Below are positions 51,001 through 64,000 of a DNA stretch of 64,000 bases, piece by piece. The translations under genes and the position numbers were made by a program. The DNA is taken from assembly GCF_009914755.1 (NCBI RefSeq), contig NC_060929.1. One strand, 5' to 3'. How positions within the stretch are numbered: the first letter of the stretch is position 1; each line of letters begins with the position of its first letter. The notes under the pieces are model-generated. The model did no database searches, was not told the DNA's origin, and saw only the letters and a list, made by a program, of their open reading frames with translations. The stretch comes from the human T2T-CHM13v2.0 reference genome, Homo sapiens.

Positions 51001-53025
51001 AGAAAACAGGCTGCCCTTTTTATAGGTGGTGGTTTAAAAAAACACTAAAACTTAGTGTTACACTAAATCAAATATTAGTATTCAAAGGACTTTCATTAAC
51101 TCTTGATGGCAAGTTCCTCTGTCAGCCATCTCTCTCCCTATAGCAAATAAATTTGTGTTGCTTACTTAGCTTGGTTAGATAAAATCAGATACTAGGTTTT
51201 AAAAGTATAGCTTTGAAGACTTAAAGCTCCAAAGGACAAAATGAACTTTTTTTCCATGGACAAAATATGAAGAACTCTGTTTATGGTTTTGCAATTTTGA
51301 GAAAGAATTGTGGTAACCATCTTGGGCTGCTGGGAATATCTACTTTGGTGGAGCTGAAATATATTCCACTCTGCTATGAACATTGTCTCTAGCCAAAAGA
51401 ATGTGAGCCCGCAACACAAATCTCTGCGACAACTTTGGCCTGGAAAATGTATCAATTCTTTTTAAATTGATTTACACTGTAAAGAATTAAGGATGCTCAT
51501 GTGAATTACTTTACATAAGTATTGCAGCTTGGGATTTTTTAAAAAAACAGTTTAACATTTAATCGTGTGAATATGAGGTAGTCCATGTGAAGGAACCTCC
51601 TTTCAAAAAGCTACTCTGTGTGTGATTGTGAGAGGGAGAAAAGAGTGTGTGTGAAGCAGAGAGAGAGAAGGGCCAACAGTGGAAGGACTGGAAGGGTCAT
51701 TCCATTGATTTGAGGGGTAAGGGAAGTGATTAAGTGCAATTAAAACTCACAGAGAAAACTAAGAGTCAAATTAAGCACAACGAAATTAAGTGTTGAAAGG
51801 AACCGGGAGCTGAACAAAATGCTTAACCTTTGGCTGTTGTAATTCAGTTCCTTTCTGTCTAAGGCTGTCCCTCCTTTCTCATTTTCTGAAACCTCTATTA
51901 GAGGCAGCAGAGAATTAGATTCTTCCTTGTAATAGAAAAGAGTTTTAAAATTGTAGTACAGCTAAAATATGTAAATAAATATGTGTTTATATGTAAAAAT
52001 ATAAATTATCAGGTACTATTGAAAACAAAAAAAAGCCACATTCAGAGAAAATAATATGGCTTTTGACATTGATAACTTTTAGGGAAATCTAGCCCTATAA
52101 TGGATGAATTTTGTGAAAAAAATGGGAAATAAGCAGTTATGTTTATTTTTGACAAGAATCATGTTCAGTGGATTCCCTGCTAAGCCATAGCAGTTGATAC
52201 TTTGTACAAAATATGTATACATGTACATATTTTTTAGTTGCCTGGATGGAATTATGTGCTTGGTGATAATTACCTGAAGAAGTTCCCACAGTTAATGTCT
52301 ACTTGAATAGTTAACATTCCAGAGAAAATTTAAGTGTCCTAAAAAGATAAAACTCTGCGCTGATCAATATGTAATGTATCTTCAAAGTTAACTATCTTTC
52401 AAGAAAGCTGACCAACAGTATCACGTGAATTTATCTTACTATTTAAATGAAAGGTTAGATTTTCAATGACAGTGATTAGCGGGTAGGATGAACATAAGCA
52501 AACAGTGTACGGGTGAATATTTCATAATCAGATCACTAATATATGCTAAATCACTATCATGTGAAAGCTAGTGGGTGGGGGGAGAGAGGGCACCAGCAAA
52601 CATAAGAGACACAAAGTTGTGGTATAAATCAGTGACTTTTATACTAATCAGTGTTTTATTCTCACTGTCTCCTTAGACATATGGATATATAACTAGTTAA
52701 CTAATACAGCTAAGTGATTAACGATAACAAATGGCTAAGCAGAAAAGTAAAAGTGGGCTAGGCAGACAGAATATTTTTAAAATATAAAAGCTTGTTATCT
52801 TTAAATATTTTATATCCTCCTGGTATTTTCTTTTGAAGATTAATTGCAATTTTGGACTTATTAAATTTACAGTCAGGCTTTCAGTTAACGTTTTAAGCTT
52901 TTTTAAAAAAATGATTTGTTTTATATGAAATAGTGTGAATTGTGAATTCAGAGCTTTTTAAAGGTTTGAACGTTTCCATAGATAAATGACAAGAGTCATT
53001 TCTATGATAAAGACATATCTGAAAA

Positions 53026-53044
53026 CTACCACAAGGGGGCAGAA
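53026..53044 (+). promoter_or_regulatory. CTCF motif match
   Basis: CTACCACAAGGGGGCAGAA versus core CCASYAGRKGGCRS; one mismatch; GC-rich word in an AT-rich intron. Confidence 0.6.
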
Positions 53045-53623
53045 AGATACATCCTCTGACTACATAAAACAAAAATTATTTTTATATCCAAATTTAGGTA
53101 ATTAGTATTATATGTACTAGTTAGTATTATATACATATATTTCTTAAAATATCTATAAGTATACAACTATACTATGAGTACATTATAAATACATGAAGCC
53201 TGTGTATCAATTGACTAGTTGTTCCTATGTGTATTAGGTTAACATTAGCATAAACCATATGGTTTATGTGAAAAAAGAAAAATTCTCAAATATCTAAGCT
53301 TATACTATAAATGCCTTCTTATGTCCCAAATGAACTGTGTGAAAACTAAATAAAAATTATATCACTGATAGAAGTGGAAACAAATGTAGCCTAAAACAAT
53401 AAGGAAAGAATTTACCTCATTATTACAGAGCTCGCTGTCCTCTTAAAAAACAGGTATATAAGATTTAAGCTACTTGAAAAGTATTGATCTGAAAATTACA
53501 CTTGGATTTCAATAAAGTAGAGTTTTATACCCGTTAATGGGATATTGAAGCACATATTTAGAGACTGTCATTTGTTTTTCAAAATACATTCTAAAATTAT
53601 ATTATAAAAAATAATATTGCTTA

Positions 53624-53806
<183 letters not shown>

Positions 53807-54344
53807 TTATCAAATGGTAAATAGAATAAACATTTTCAATTTCCAAAATATTCTATTAGGATTATCGTTATTATAGATATTTTTAATTTTGAGGGGAGGG
53901 GAGATAAAGCATCAGCGATAATTCTAATTTAAAAGGAATATACTATAAACCAAAAATAAGTATTCCACGAATGCTCTGAAGTAGCATAGTCCGCAATTCT
54001 AGTTTATTAGAACTACAATCTAGTATAAAGGTATGTACATATTTGATGATGTAGAAATGTTAAACAATCCTGAGAAAGTGAGCTTTTTATTACATCAAAG
54101 AAACAGCTCAATTTTCTTGAAAGTGTGTTTCTATTTTGAACTCAGGTTGCATAAATAAAACTTTCAGTCAGTTAAGAAAGAAAAATGTGGATATTCACTT
54201 TGTCTTAGTGAAGAATGGGTAATGCTGCAGTGCTGTGGACGGCGCAGGCCCTAAATAAAGCTTCCTAATAGAGTAAAAGATAACTTTTTCATCTTGATTT
54301 TCAATAAAAAGTATTTAGTGTACTAATTGCACATGACAAAGCTA

Positions 54345-54482
<138 letters not shown>

Positions 54483-54662
54483 TTAAAATAAATAAAAAGA
54501 CATTACTGATGAATTTTTTTAAAAGTTAAAAATATTAGATTTCAGTATTAGTTTTCCACATAAAGAGATAACTTGGTACAAATCTCATGAAATTAATCAT
54601 TTAACATGTGTCTCTATGAACTCTGCCAACCCTATCATTTACAATCCTTCAAGAGACCAGCT

Positions 54663-54703
54663 GTTGCCATAGTAACCCATTACATCAGTATCTCCTAGGC
54701 AAC
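54663..54703. promoter_or_regulatory. Tandem RFX X-box motifs
   Basis: GTTGCCATAGTAAC (54663-54676) fits GTNRCC-N(0-3)-RGYAAC exactly; ATCTCCTAGGCAAC (54690-54703) is a second, weaker copy. Confidence 0.55.
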
Positions 54704-54905
54704 TGAACTAGTAACAAGTACCATAGCTTTATTATGGGTAAAAACAGACTATGTTGAAAACTGATGAAATATGTATACTGTACTTCCATTGTTTCAGTTT
54801 TCATTCAAATGCAAATTAAAAAAAAATTAAAATCAACCATGGTAGTTTTTATGTTCAGTTCTACATACAGCAGAGAGCAAATGAGTAGGGGCTCATGTTA
54901 TATTT

Positions 54906-54924
54906 TGACCAGCAGGTGGTGCTG
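54906..54924 (+). promoter_or_regulatory. CTCF motif match
   Basis: TGACCAGCAGGTGGTGCTG; one mismatch to the core. Confidence 0.6.
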
Positions 54925-55342
54925 TGACCACTTTGTTCAGATTCTTCTAAACTTCCCTCAAACTAGATGGCAAAGCAGCTAATGCGAATATTTAACTCAT
55001 TACAGTAAAGAGATAAAAGATCCACCACATAAACTTAAAATCATGAGACTTTAATTCCCAGAAGAAGAAATATTTTAGTTTTATGTAATGAAAGAATATT
55101 TTTGTTTGAATTTTACTATAAATTGTCCTAAAATATTGAAAACAGAAAAAATATTGAAACAAAAAAAAAAACCTGACATTCTTTTCACCTGTGAGTGATG
55201 CCAGAAATTAATGGTATTTAAACATAATCAATGTTGACATACTGTGGTAACTTCCAATATCTTCCAATTTTATCAAAGCTACCACCTCTACCTAAAAGTA
55301 GCTTTGCACATGCCATTTGAGGGAAGCGCTCTCACCACTTAC

Positions 55343-55366
55343 CAAAAGCAGGTCGACATCCTCAGA
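55343..55366 (-). CDS. MEF2C: MEF2C alternative beta micro-exon, 24 nt, SEDVDLLL
   Basis: Minus strand reads ccgcatgctctcag|TCTGAGGATGTCGACCTGCTTTTG|gtaagt. Symmetric phase 0; encodes the known acidic beta peptide. Confidence 0.97.
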
Positions 55367-56830
55367 CTGAGAGCATGCGGAAGGAGTTTTATTAATTAGT
55401 GTCCGTAAATATTTATAATTGGGCAAAATCTTTTCAACAAAAGGAAAAGCATCTTCCGATAGACACAACAGTTTAAACAGTTTTAAAACCCAGACTCCAA
55501 AGATAACTCCTTACAAAGACATTCTTTGTTTCCCTTAATGAGCTGTTTGTCTCAAATGTGAAGACAATCTACCCGGTTTTCAGCCCAGGTCAGTGTCTCA
55601 ATGTTCATTATTTCATCACTTCATTTTGAAGGAAAAAAAAAGACTGTGCTTTGAAACCTCACTTGCTGGAGGAAGGGGAGCTACACACCTGGCTGCCAGA
55701 GAGGGACCTAACTGACCCATCACAGATTCCCTGGGACAGCATCAGTTTTAAGGGACCTGGAATAAATCTGTTGATAGAGATGGCCTGCCATGCACGGCCC
55801 ACACTGCTTGGCTGTAGCCCTGTAGGAGGTTATATTTATTAGACCCAGTTTTTTTCTGAAGGGAATGTTGCATATTATGTGATGTTTTTGGTTGATATTC
55901 AAAATTAATCTGCACTGTGCCATAATAAACTAATCAGCTCACAGGACTGTTTTACCCTGAAGCTTGCCACAGAGCAGAGAAAGAAAAAAGAAATAAATGT
56001 GTTTGCAGAATGATCTAAATTTGTCTACCGAATCTTGGTTTTAAACGTTCTTGCTCTTAAGCAAAGCTAATTTGTAGAACACTGATGTAAGTCTCTTTGT
56101 TGTTGAATTTGGTCCCATAACATTATCTTCATCTTAGGCATGCAGACCCAGAAGAAAGAAAAATGACAGGGTCTGGGGATATAACCTCTATTTAAAATTT
56201 CTTATTTATTTATCTTCCTTAGAGGTGCTACAATTCTTTTTTGATGTAAAATATAACCTTTGTTCCTAAAATGCCTAGGATTTTAATTTGCTTTTGAGAG
56301 ATAGCTATTTTCATGAAGTAAATGTATGGAAAGATGAATTGAGGCAGTGTGTAGGCATGCGATGTATTAGATATAATCATTGCAATACATCTAAGAAAGG
56401 ATTTGCTAATTAACAGGAGAAAGTTCATTTAGAAATTGTGGAAAGTACTTTCTCATTGTCAGCGTGTTGAGGACATAAATATTGTAAAAATACTATGTTA
56501 TAAAGTACCTCATTACCTATTATTACTCTGCTTATGGGACGTAGAGATTGACCGATGGTAGTGTCTGATTTTTTTCCAACTATAAATTGAAAGCCTTAAA
56601 AGAAAATGTTTTTCTTATCCTAGAACATCAGCCTAGTGAAGTTCACCAGATATATATATATATTTTTTTTACACGGAAAAGGGAAATGCAAACCAGTTAC
56701 CAGAAATAATAGCTAAATACAAGCAAGGCTCTGTCAATGGCACTGTTATGTTAATTTTCTGGGAGAATGTTAAGTAATTCATCAAGTTAGACAAATATAA
56801 AAACAGCAAAACATATACAAAACATTATCA

Positions 56831-57058
<228 letters not shown>

Positions 57059-58079
57059 TTAGGAAGAAATCTAGGTCAAATACGTTTCCGAAGAATACAC
57101 AACATGAGAATAAAAACAAAAGCTTAATGGTAAGACGTACATTGCAAAACCATAGGATGACTGATTTGACCTCCATGGGACAAGTAACCCAATTAAGTAT
57201 TCAATAGTCCTCTGAAGGAAGATTAAAAACTTTTTATGAGAAGAGAGCCAATATACATCAACTTGCTCAGAAGTCAGCATATACTTTTTTTCCTATCAAA
57301 AATATTCAGGAAGAAAGTCAGACAGTAGTTCAGGGTCTAAGAAAAGCACAGAACTGGTCTTGCACTTTAATTGACTAGCTTGGCGGAGGCCTGGCTGGCG
57401 TGACTCACTCTTTCAGTTCACTGGTTTGGGTTTTATTTTGTGTGTCTGTGTGTCCTTAAATGAAGAAAGGGCATACCAGCAAGACTGTAATTTCTAGGAC
57501 AGGCAGGAGGAGGGGAAGCCGCTTACACATTTTGCTGTTCAGTTCCGCTTTTCTCTGAGTGAATTCTCTCTATGGTTTTTCTTCCATCTGCTTTGCCCTC
57601 CTTACTAAGTTCAGTGTACAACCCTTGCTTTCCTCCTCACACAGAACTTCAGAAAGCAAGACTCCTTCCCTGGAGCTGAAATGAAGTGATGATGCCTCCG
57701 CTAAAGTGCTGATTCACCAAGGCACAGGAATAGCCATTGAACTGGAAGACTGAAAGGGTTTTCTTAGGTCTCTGATGTTCAGTATCCTACTAACAGAAAA
57801 GTGGGTATCCCAAGGTCTGCGTTTTTCATATTTCAAAATATGACCAAGAGAGCTAGGGAGGAGTTGATTACAAATGCCAGCAGAGCTGGCATGACAGTGG
57901 ACTCAGAAAGACATCTGCTGATTTCCTCCACTGCCTCTGAAGGGAGAATAAGAGAACTCAGCTACCTGATTCAACAATCCTTGCTAGAAACTAGACAGTT
58001 GTTTTCTGAAGCTTTCTAAAGGAGACAGTTAAACCTCATTGTTATTGCCATCATTACAAAACACAAGTATCTATTACCC

Positions 58080-58730
58080 CTGCATGAGTGAGATTGTGTG
58101 CTACCCAGTGAGGATGCAAAGACAAGGCCCCAGGCTTGAAAAGCTCTGAAATCTCTTTGTGGTAATCCAATACATACTCATGGAAAACATAAAGACCAAT
58201 ACAAGGCAGCGTAGGGTGAGGTGCCTGCAGAGTAATCCAGATTAAGTGTTATTGAGTTCCCGGGAGAGAAGAGGTGATCCAATAAAAGATTCACAGAAGA
58301 GGCAGGAATTGATGAGGGCCTTAAAGAAAGGCCATAGGAAGATATGTTAGGCTTGTGACTGGGCAGTAGGAAAGGGCTGAGGTAGGAGTTTAAAGAGCAT
58401 GGTAAGGGGCACTGAGAGGAACCTGTTTAGAAGGGGACCCGTGAAAAGAGAGGGGTGTCAGAGGCTCTGGAGGGATGCAGGGGTTGGGCTGTGGAGATCT
58501 CAAATTCCAGGCTAAAAGTCCTTGGGTTTATATGGTGGAAATGAAAGTTTCAGAGTAGAGGTATGACACAGACCTCTAAGTGGTCAGAAAGATCTACTGG
58601 CATTGGTATACTCAGGAATTAGTAAGGCCTGCTAGTGTGGACCAGTCTGGAGACTACTTTGATGGCCTGAGATAGAGGCCATGAGGAACTGGGAAGGCAG
58701 AGCAAAGGTATATTTCAGGAGATATTTATG
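58080..58730 (-). mobile_element. Degenerate L2 fragment in a MEF2C intron
   Basis: Purine-rich L2-like words (gaattgatgagggccttaaagaa; ccaggctaaaagtccttggg; ggagactactttgatggcctgagatagag). Confidence 0.5.
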
Positions 58731-59696
58731 GGAACATCTTTAGAAGCAAAATATATTTGAGGCACACTGTATAAAGCAGATTTGTTCTTCATATCCCATT
58801 CATTTACCTGTCTCATTTTATGCATGAATAAACAGGCTGAATATATAACAAATAACTACAAGATTAAGTCTGTCAATTGGATTATGAATAAAATTATCCC
58901 AGTTCCTGGGGCAAAAAAACAAAAATAAAGCAAACTGGACACCCCCAAAACGTGTGTTAAGTGACAGGACTCACTTAAGAAATGTTGGTTGAATCTGAAT
59001 ATCAATTCCCTTCTATAAGAAAACTTCTGGAATATTAGCCAAATTCTCTAAAGCTAGATAAATATGACAAACCCCCAAATTTTCTTTACAGTAAATTCGA
59101 ACAGTATTCCATGGCAAAAGCTGTTACATAAAACAATGCATTTACTTCCTCTCACTAGAAGAAAAAAACAAACAAAAGAGAGTATGTTCACTTAAAAAAA
59201 AAAAGCTTGACAAAATGGAGTGCTTAGAGGAGTTTTATATTTAATATGTCATCCTGAATCATTATTGTGAATATGTTATGAACTTAGTTTGAATTAATAG
59301 ATTCTACGGGATAAAAAGAGAATAAGAACATCAAGGTCAATTCTGCTCTATACTTTGCTGTCAGCTGAAGGTCAGATGGACACACTGAAGACATATGTCA
59401 CTTATCTATTAAGCCTGTGTGAGATCTGGTTTATATAAACAATCAAATGGAAAATTAGCTGGGTAATTTCAAAAGAAGGGGGAGAAAAAAGTCTGTTAAG
59501 CAGTGCAATGAAGCTTGAATAGATCAGAAGAAACTAAAACCCCAGCTCGGTAGATGCCGATACTGGTTTGCATGGAGGAGTTATTTTGCTAAAAGGAAGT
59601 AAAACCGCTTCGTGAAATGTGTTGTCCTGTGATATGACAAGCACTGGGCCAGTGTGCGAAAATGGAAATGCTTCACGGAGGCCTTGAGAAAAGTTT

Positions 59697-59732
<36 letters not shown>

Positions 59733-61344
59733 CATTTTCTACAGTAAACTCTCTGAGAAATTCCAACAAAGCCTATGTCTTTTTGCCCACATTTTAAACA
59801 GTGATTCAGGGCAGCAGTAGGGGAAAAAAAAGTAAATATACATTGTAGCTTTTCATTCAGTAAATACCTCAAAACTAAAAAAATTGATTTTAAAAGCCTT
59901 CTATTTTTCTCTTGGAATATTTCCTGTTATTTGGAAATTACGCCATTTTAGAAGATTAGTCACATATTTTAAGGTGTTTACATACTGAAATGTAAAATAT
60001 TTTGAACCATGATGACACTTCTTAAATTCATATTTTTAGAGCATCAAGTTATTTTTAAGAACAAATAAATTCTGCTTTTTGCTAGTGAATTTCTGCTGTT
60101 TTTAGCATATTGTGCCAGCTAGCATTTTGGAGCCGTATAATAACCATTTCTGTTTCCAGCCACCAAATTGTTATTCTTTGGACATAATATAGATTCAGGA
60201 ATGCAAGACTGTGGATCCTAAACCAGTGATATAGAAACCTATGATTTGAAAATCAATGATGAATACATGCGTGTGGTTTACTGCTAAGAAGAGCCTGCAT
60301 TTAAACCGGCTGGGAAACCGCAGCCTCCTCCTCACTCAGAATGCTGCGGCCTGTGTTGAGCCTGTTGTCCCACCTTAAGATAAATTCACCAAAGAGAATG
60401 GTCGCATTTAAATTCAGGGGTCCGGGAGGTGGGAAACACCACCTCTCAACAACCTTCTAATATATGGATTCAACCTTTTTTCATGCTATGTTTTAAAATT
60501 ACCCTCTGCCTGGACAATTATCAATTTAGACGTGACTGTATGCAGATGTCACATTCCTCTGACCACTTAAAGGCACAAAAATTATAAAGCAGGAGTGAAT
60601 GGATTTCCTGATTATAGATTATAAGAAAATGAAGTACAGACCAACTTTAGAGTCAGTTTGTTTTATAGTTTCATTTGATTAAAAATATTGTTTTACATAA
60701 AAATAACAAATTTAAGCATATATGAGTTAACTTACATAAAGGATTAGAGAATCTACCTCTTCTGGTTACAAGTTTGTATATACTCATATTAGTGTCAATA
60801 CATAGAACTTGAATGTGGTGTTAGGAGAAAAACATTTTTCTCCCCAGTTAACTTGCAAACACTTGCTGCATTTTTTTTATTGACTCCTATTTTAAGAAGT
60901 CGTAAATTCAAAGAACATATTCCTGGCTTAAGATATTATGAGGAAGGCATTTTGCCTTGTCTCACAGAGCTCACTTGAACATGTAGCTCTCTTTGAGCTC
61001 AAAGTTCTGAAACTTTCTTTTATTTGGATGTTTAGGCATTTTGAGTTTTCTTCACTTGTTTCTTTTTCTTTTCTAGGACTTTGAATTATGAATACAAGCA
61101 TATAAGACTAATAAGCATAAACAGAATTAGTCACTATGGACCATGGCTAATTCTGCCATTGGCATAACCATTTTTTAATCTACCAAACTGTCATCTTCTA
61201 TTATCCCCTCTCCTCCTTCCATCTCCATATCCAATGAGATACCAAATCTTATTCATTTTTCTTCAGAAATGCCTGTCTCTACTTCCACTGCCACCATCTT
61301 AGCTTTGGCTTCCATCACCATTTGAATAAATATTTCAGCAACTC

Positions 61345-61663
<319 letters not shown>

Positions 61664-63479
61664 TTCAGCAACTCTCCATCTGGGCCTCTGGTCTCTACTT
61701 GAGGGGTTCTTCACCAGGCCTTAAGAGGAGTTTCAGGCCTTCAGAGGAGTTCCTTAAAGCTGTATGCAAACTTTTGTGCATTTGTGTGATGCTAACCAAC
61801 CCACTCAAGGAAGTCTTTCTGAACTGCTACTTCCATCATGTTCCTTTTTCATACATGAGTGCTTAACACAGTTGAGTCAGTGCCCTGCCTGGCTCTCAGA
61901 ACTGTCTACAGTTGACACACTCTATCTATGAAACCTAATTTCCAATGGTCACAGCCTGCCTTATGGTCCTCGGAATATATGCAAATCTTTGCTCTAGCAG
62001 TTCAATAACTGGCAGTATTGGCTCTCCTGTTTAATTCAAATTTATCTTTTAAGGATCAACTAAAGTTCCAACTCTTTCATGATGCCTTTCAGACAACTTC
62101 AGCCCACACTGAATTCACTCCCCTCTGCTGCAATTAGTGGCAGCGATAATACACAGAGTACTAGTTCTTTATATGTTTCAGGTGCTTCACAAATAGATAT
62201 ATAGAATATGCTAGAAAAATTAAGAATTATTCAGGAAAGGCACTAAAAGGTAAGTTATTGAGGGACAATGAGGTGAGAACTGAAAATGTAATGAGTAACT
62301 TGTTAAATTGAAACATCAAGGGTCTCTTCTCTTTATGCTACTTGAGAAAATTTTATATTTTAGATAATGATTGCAAATTGATGACCAAGTACACTATTGA
62401 GACAAACTGCTTATCTACCATATATATGAAAGCCAGGAAATCATGTAAGTGCCCACCTACTAAATTTGTTTATAGAGAGTTAATTAAAGCGTCTTTTCTA
62501 CCTGTTGCACCTGTTAATCATTTCACAGCACATTACCTTAGCTAACTGCAAGTGGTAGAATTAAACAAGTCAGACATTTTCCCTAATGAAAATGAAAAGT
62601 TGAAGTCTCTGATATTTTCTTCCACACTGACGAGTATTTGTTGCCACAGGTTGTCGTTATATCAAGGTAAATCTCAATACTAATTTACTCATACAGAACT
62701 TTTCACCAAAAGATAAGCTGCATGGTATCCTAGGGAAAAGAATGGTGGCAGGGTGGCTATTAAGAGTGAACAGGAATTTATCAGATGGTTCAGAGAGAGG
62801 CTTTGCGGAGAGAAGGAATGCAGGACAGAGAGATCTCAGAGTTTAGAAGGAGGGGCATTCCTCTGAAGATGAAACAATGGATCTTGAAGAGCAGAAAGTT
62901 TTCCGAAGTTGAAAAAGAAGGCTTGGCTAACATGAACCTCTAAGATTATGTTAACTTTACACTGTAGGCTTTATACTAAGCTTTTACCAAATTTTATACT
63001 CTAGAAAATGAGTGCCTAAGATAGCTTCTTAGTTGTTAGCTTTATTAAATTTGTGTTAGGAAAGGAACAATGATGGCAGTGGAAAGGAGAGACAAAAGGG
63101 GGTTGGACTGCTGTTAGAGAAGCTAGTTAGAACGCCTTGCTCTAGAATACATGAGAAATGATGTCTGAATGAGGCAGCGCAGAGAGAAAGGTTTACAGGC
63201 ATCCAGGAGTTGGGGACAAAAAAAAGATAAGGCAGAGTAATCTAGGTTCTACTCAAAATGTTTCTGTTAAGAGTTCTCTCAACCCTACAGAGCCTTAGTT
63301 TTCTCAATAGAAGTATTTCCCTAGTGTGAGAGAAGCATGAAAGTAATCTGAATGAGAGGCTCTCAGGTACTCATCTGAGGCAGTCATTGACAATCTTACC
63401 ATCCAACAATATTAGCAATCGCTAACACAGTGTATAGTATTATTTACCAACAACACAACATTAAGCATACACATTAACT

Positions 63480-63740
63480 GCTCAGAAGAGTACCAGGCAC
63501 TTGTAACTGCTATGTAAGTGCTAGATATTGTACATGGATATAAAGCACTTTTAATCTTCACAAGAACAACCCTGTGGGATACTAATAGTATCCCTATGAA
63601 AAATGAGAAATGAGAAAACCGAAGAAAAGAGAGGTCCAGGAATTTGCTCAATGTCAAACAGCTATCAACTGGTGAAGCTATGATTTGAACCCAAGCAGTA
63701 TGTCCAGAGTCCATGCCCTGAAGTACAACACTACACTGCT
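63480..63740 (-). mobile_element. MIR element
   Basis: tttaatcttcacaagaacaaccctgtggg...aatgagaaaaccga...aatttgctcaatgtca..cagcta...atttgaacccaagcagt...ccagagtccatg. Confidence 0.75.
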
Positions 63741-64000
63741 CCTTCAGAACCAGTCATGCTCTGAGATAGTGAAAGCCTTTCTATGTCGAGTCTCATTTGC
63801 AAATTATGGGGATACAAATGAAGAGAGGACACAACTAGGGACAGGACAGTCAAGGTTGTCCTAAGCCAGAGGTGATGTGCAAGTTTGAGGGACATGTTGT
63901 AAGGTCAACTTGGGCATAGTAAATAGTAGTTCTGGTTCAGAAGACACTGAATTCTCATAAAGAGGCACAGAATGGTGATGTTCAAACCATATTTCTGGTC

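Noticed and set aside
59049-59061. 13-nt identity TAAAGCTAGATAA to miR-9-3p nt 2-14
   Set aside because: Intronic and AT-rich, with no complementary arm or hairpin nearby; plausible by chance.

Overview
This is human genomic DNA from the 5q14.3 MEF2C / LINC00461 (MIR9-2 host gene) interval. The identification rests on the MEF2C C-terminal coding exons and a human-specific AluYb8. The window has three zones. (1) 1-20 kb: a chain of CpG islands and microsatellites with no recognisable Alu or L1, carrying strong minus-strand splice donors. This fits the alternative promoters and first exons of LINC00461; the miR-9-2 hairpin itself is not in the window. (2) ~20-42.7 kb: a transposon-dense spacer with 9 Alus, L1/L2/MIR fragments, an MST LTR, an LTR40/ERVL remnant and MER45. 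(3) ~43-64 kb: the 3' end of MEF2C on the minus strand. It holds a ~4.4-kb 3'UTR and five coding exons (173, 24, 130, 136 and 322 nt), including the beta micro-exon and the gamma alternative acceptor, all with GT-AG sites and consistent phase. Nearly all other ORF-track entries are repeat or GC artefacts. I found no new protein-coding system. The best leads are regulatory and remain hypotheses: an extended miR-9 site present only in the long MEF2C 3'UTR, next to the miR-9-2 host promoters; a perfect MEF2 site in the same UTR; a candidate poison or alternative exon; an intronic RFX/E-box/CTCF module; and non-B-DNA tracts placed symmetrically around a lncRNA first exon. Repeat subfamily names are by eye.
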